DNA of 52,660 nucleotides from assembly GCA_034717985.1 (NCBI GenBank), contig JAYEMH010000005.1, positions 1 through 52,660 on the forward strand. The letters are read 5' to 3'. The notes below the pieces were generated by a model. That model was not told the origin of the DNA. It did not search any database and saw nothing but the letters and a program-made list of their open reading frames with translations. Origin of the DNA: Candidatus Ratteibacteria bacterium (GTDB lineage: Bacteria; CAZDME01; JAYEMH01). Made by a program: the position numbers and the translations under genes. Below are positions 52,180-52,660 of the stretch, piece by piece (positions within the stretch are counted from its first letter, which is position 1; the number at the start of each line of letters is the position of its first letter).

Positions 52180-52660
52180 ATGAATATCGGGTTATTGACC
52201 GGCGGCGGTGATTGTCCGGGATTAAACGCAGTTATTCGCGCCGCTATTAGAAAGGGACTTCAATTCGACTTCAAAGCAATCGGGTTTTGTCGGGGTTGGG
52301 CCGGTTTGATTGACGGAGATTCTATACCTTTGGGGCTGAATGACTCCTCCGGCATTTTAGCCCGCGGGGGAACTATTCTGGGGACTTCGCGCACCAATCC
52401 TTTTAAGGTCGAAGGCGGCCCGGAGAAGATTTTAGCCAATATTAAAAAGTTTGACATTGGGGCTTTAATTGCTATCGGCGGCGACGATACCCTGGGCGTG
52501 GCCCAAAAATTATATCAGGAAAGGGGAGTCAAGCTCATCGGGGTGCCTAAGACTATTGACAACGACCTATCGGCCACCGATTACACCTTTGGTTTTGATA
52601 CGGCGGTAACGATTGCTGCCGAGGCAATTGACCGGCTGCATAGCACTGCTGAGTCGCACC
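52180..52660 (+). CDS. pfk: 6-phosphofructokinase, 5' partial at the window end; signature residues suggest the PPi-dependent type
   Basis: Manual translation gives MNIGLLTGGGDCPGLNAVIRAAIRKG...IAIGGDDTLG...GVPKTIDNDL. As I recall, GGDD (not GGDG) and PKTIDND (not PGTIDND) are the residues associated with PPi use. The ORF runs off the window. Confidence 0.85.
   Translation, partial: MNIGLLTGGGDCPGLNAVIRAAIRKGLQFDFKAIGFCRGWAGLIDGDSIPLGLNDSSGILARGGTILGTSRTNPFKVEGGPEKILANIKKFDIGALIAIGGDDTLGVAQKLYQERGVKLIGVPKTIDNDLSATDYTFGFDTAVTIAAEAIDRLHSTAESH

Overview
This ~52.7-kb chromosomal window comes from a diderm (Gram-negative-type) bacterium and appears to span the replication-origin neighbourhood. 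Every supported gene from 370 to 31654 is on the minus strand: integrative-element genes, pcm, an RND/TolC efflux pair, serS, rtcB, archease, gyrA, gyrB, a DUF721/DciA-like gene, dnaN and dnaA. Every supported gene from 32561 to the end is on the plus strand: rpmH, rnpA, yidD, yidC, mnmE, parA, parB, lipA, def, a rearranged Tol-Pal cluster and a partial pfk. The leftmost 7.6 kb (108-7744) is an integrative element in tRNA-Ser(CGA), bounded by an exact 20-bp direct repeat. It carries a tyrosine integrase, an excisionase-like HTH, a CHC2 zinc-finger protein, a P-loop NTPase, a SpoVG-like protein, an NYN nuclease and several orphan genes. The most notable non-coding signals follow. (1) Two GEMM-I (c-di-GMP-I)-like riboswitch leaders, one with a clean promoter and an overlapping terminator, sit in front of two secreted, highly charged proteins (22.2-25.9 kb). 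(2) Several families of dispersed intergenic repeats fill almost every spacer. One is a composite arm-hairpin-arm element at four loci whose conserved end abuts downstream start codons. Another is a CCCCGTTAGAG...CTCTAACGGGG inverted-repeat element, one copy of which is translated in frame inside a TonB-like gene. Others are TGTAGGGG-type REP-like hairpins with an HUH-transposase-like remnant, and a 22-bp perfect palindrome present three times around rpmH-rnpA-yidD. (3) Three separate DnaA-box clusters are present, including four perfect TGTGGATAA boxes between mnmE and parA. All calls rest on reading the sequence and ORF track plus recalled family motifs; no database search was run.
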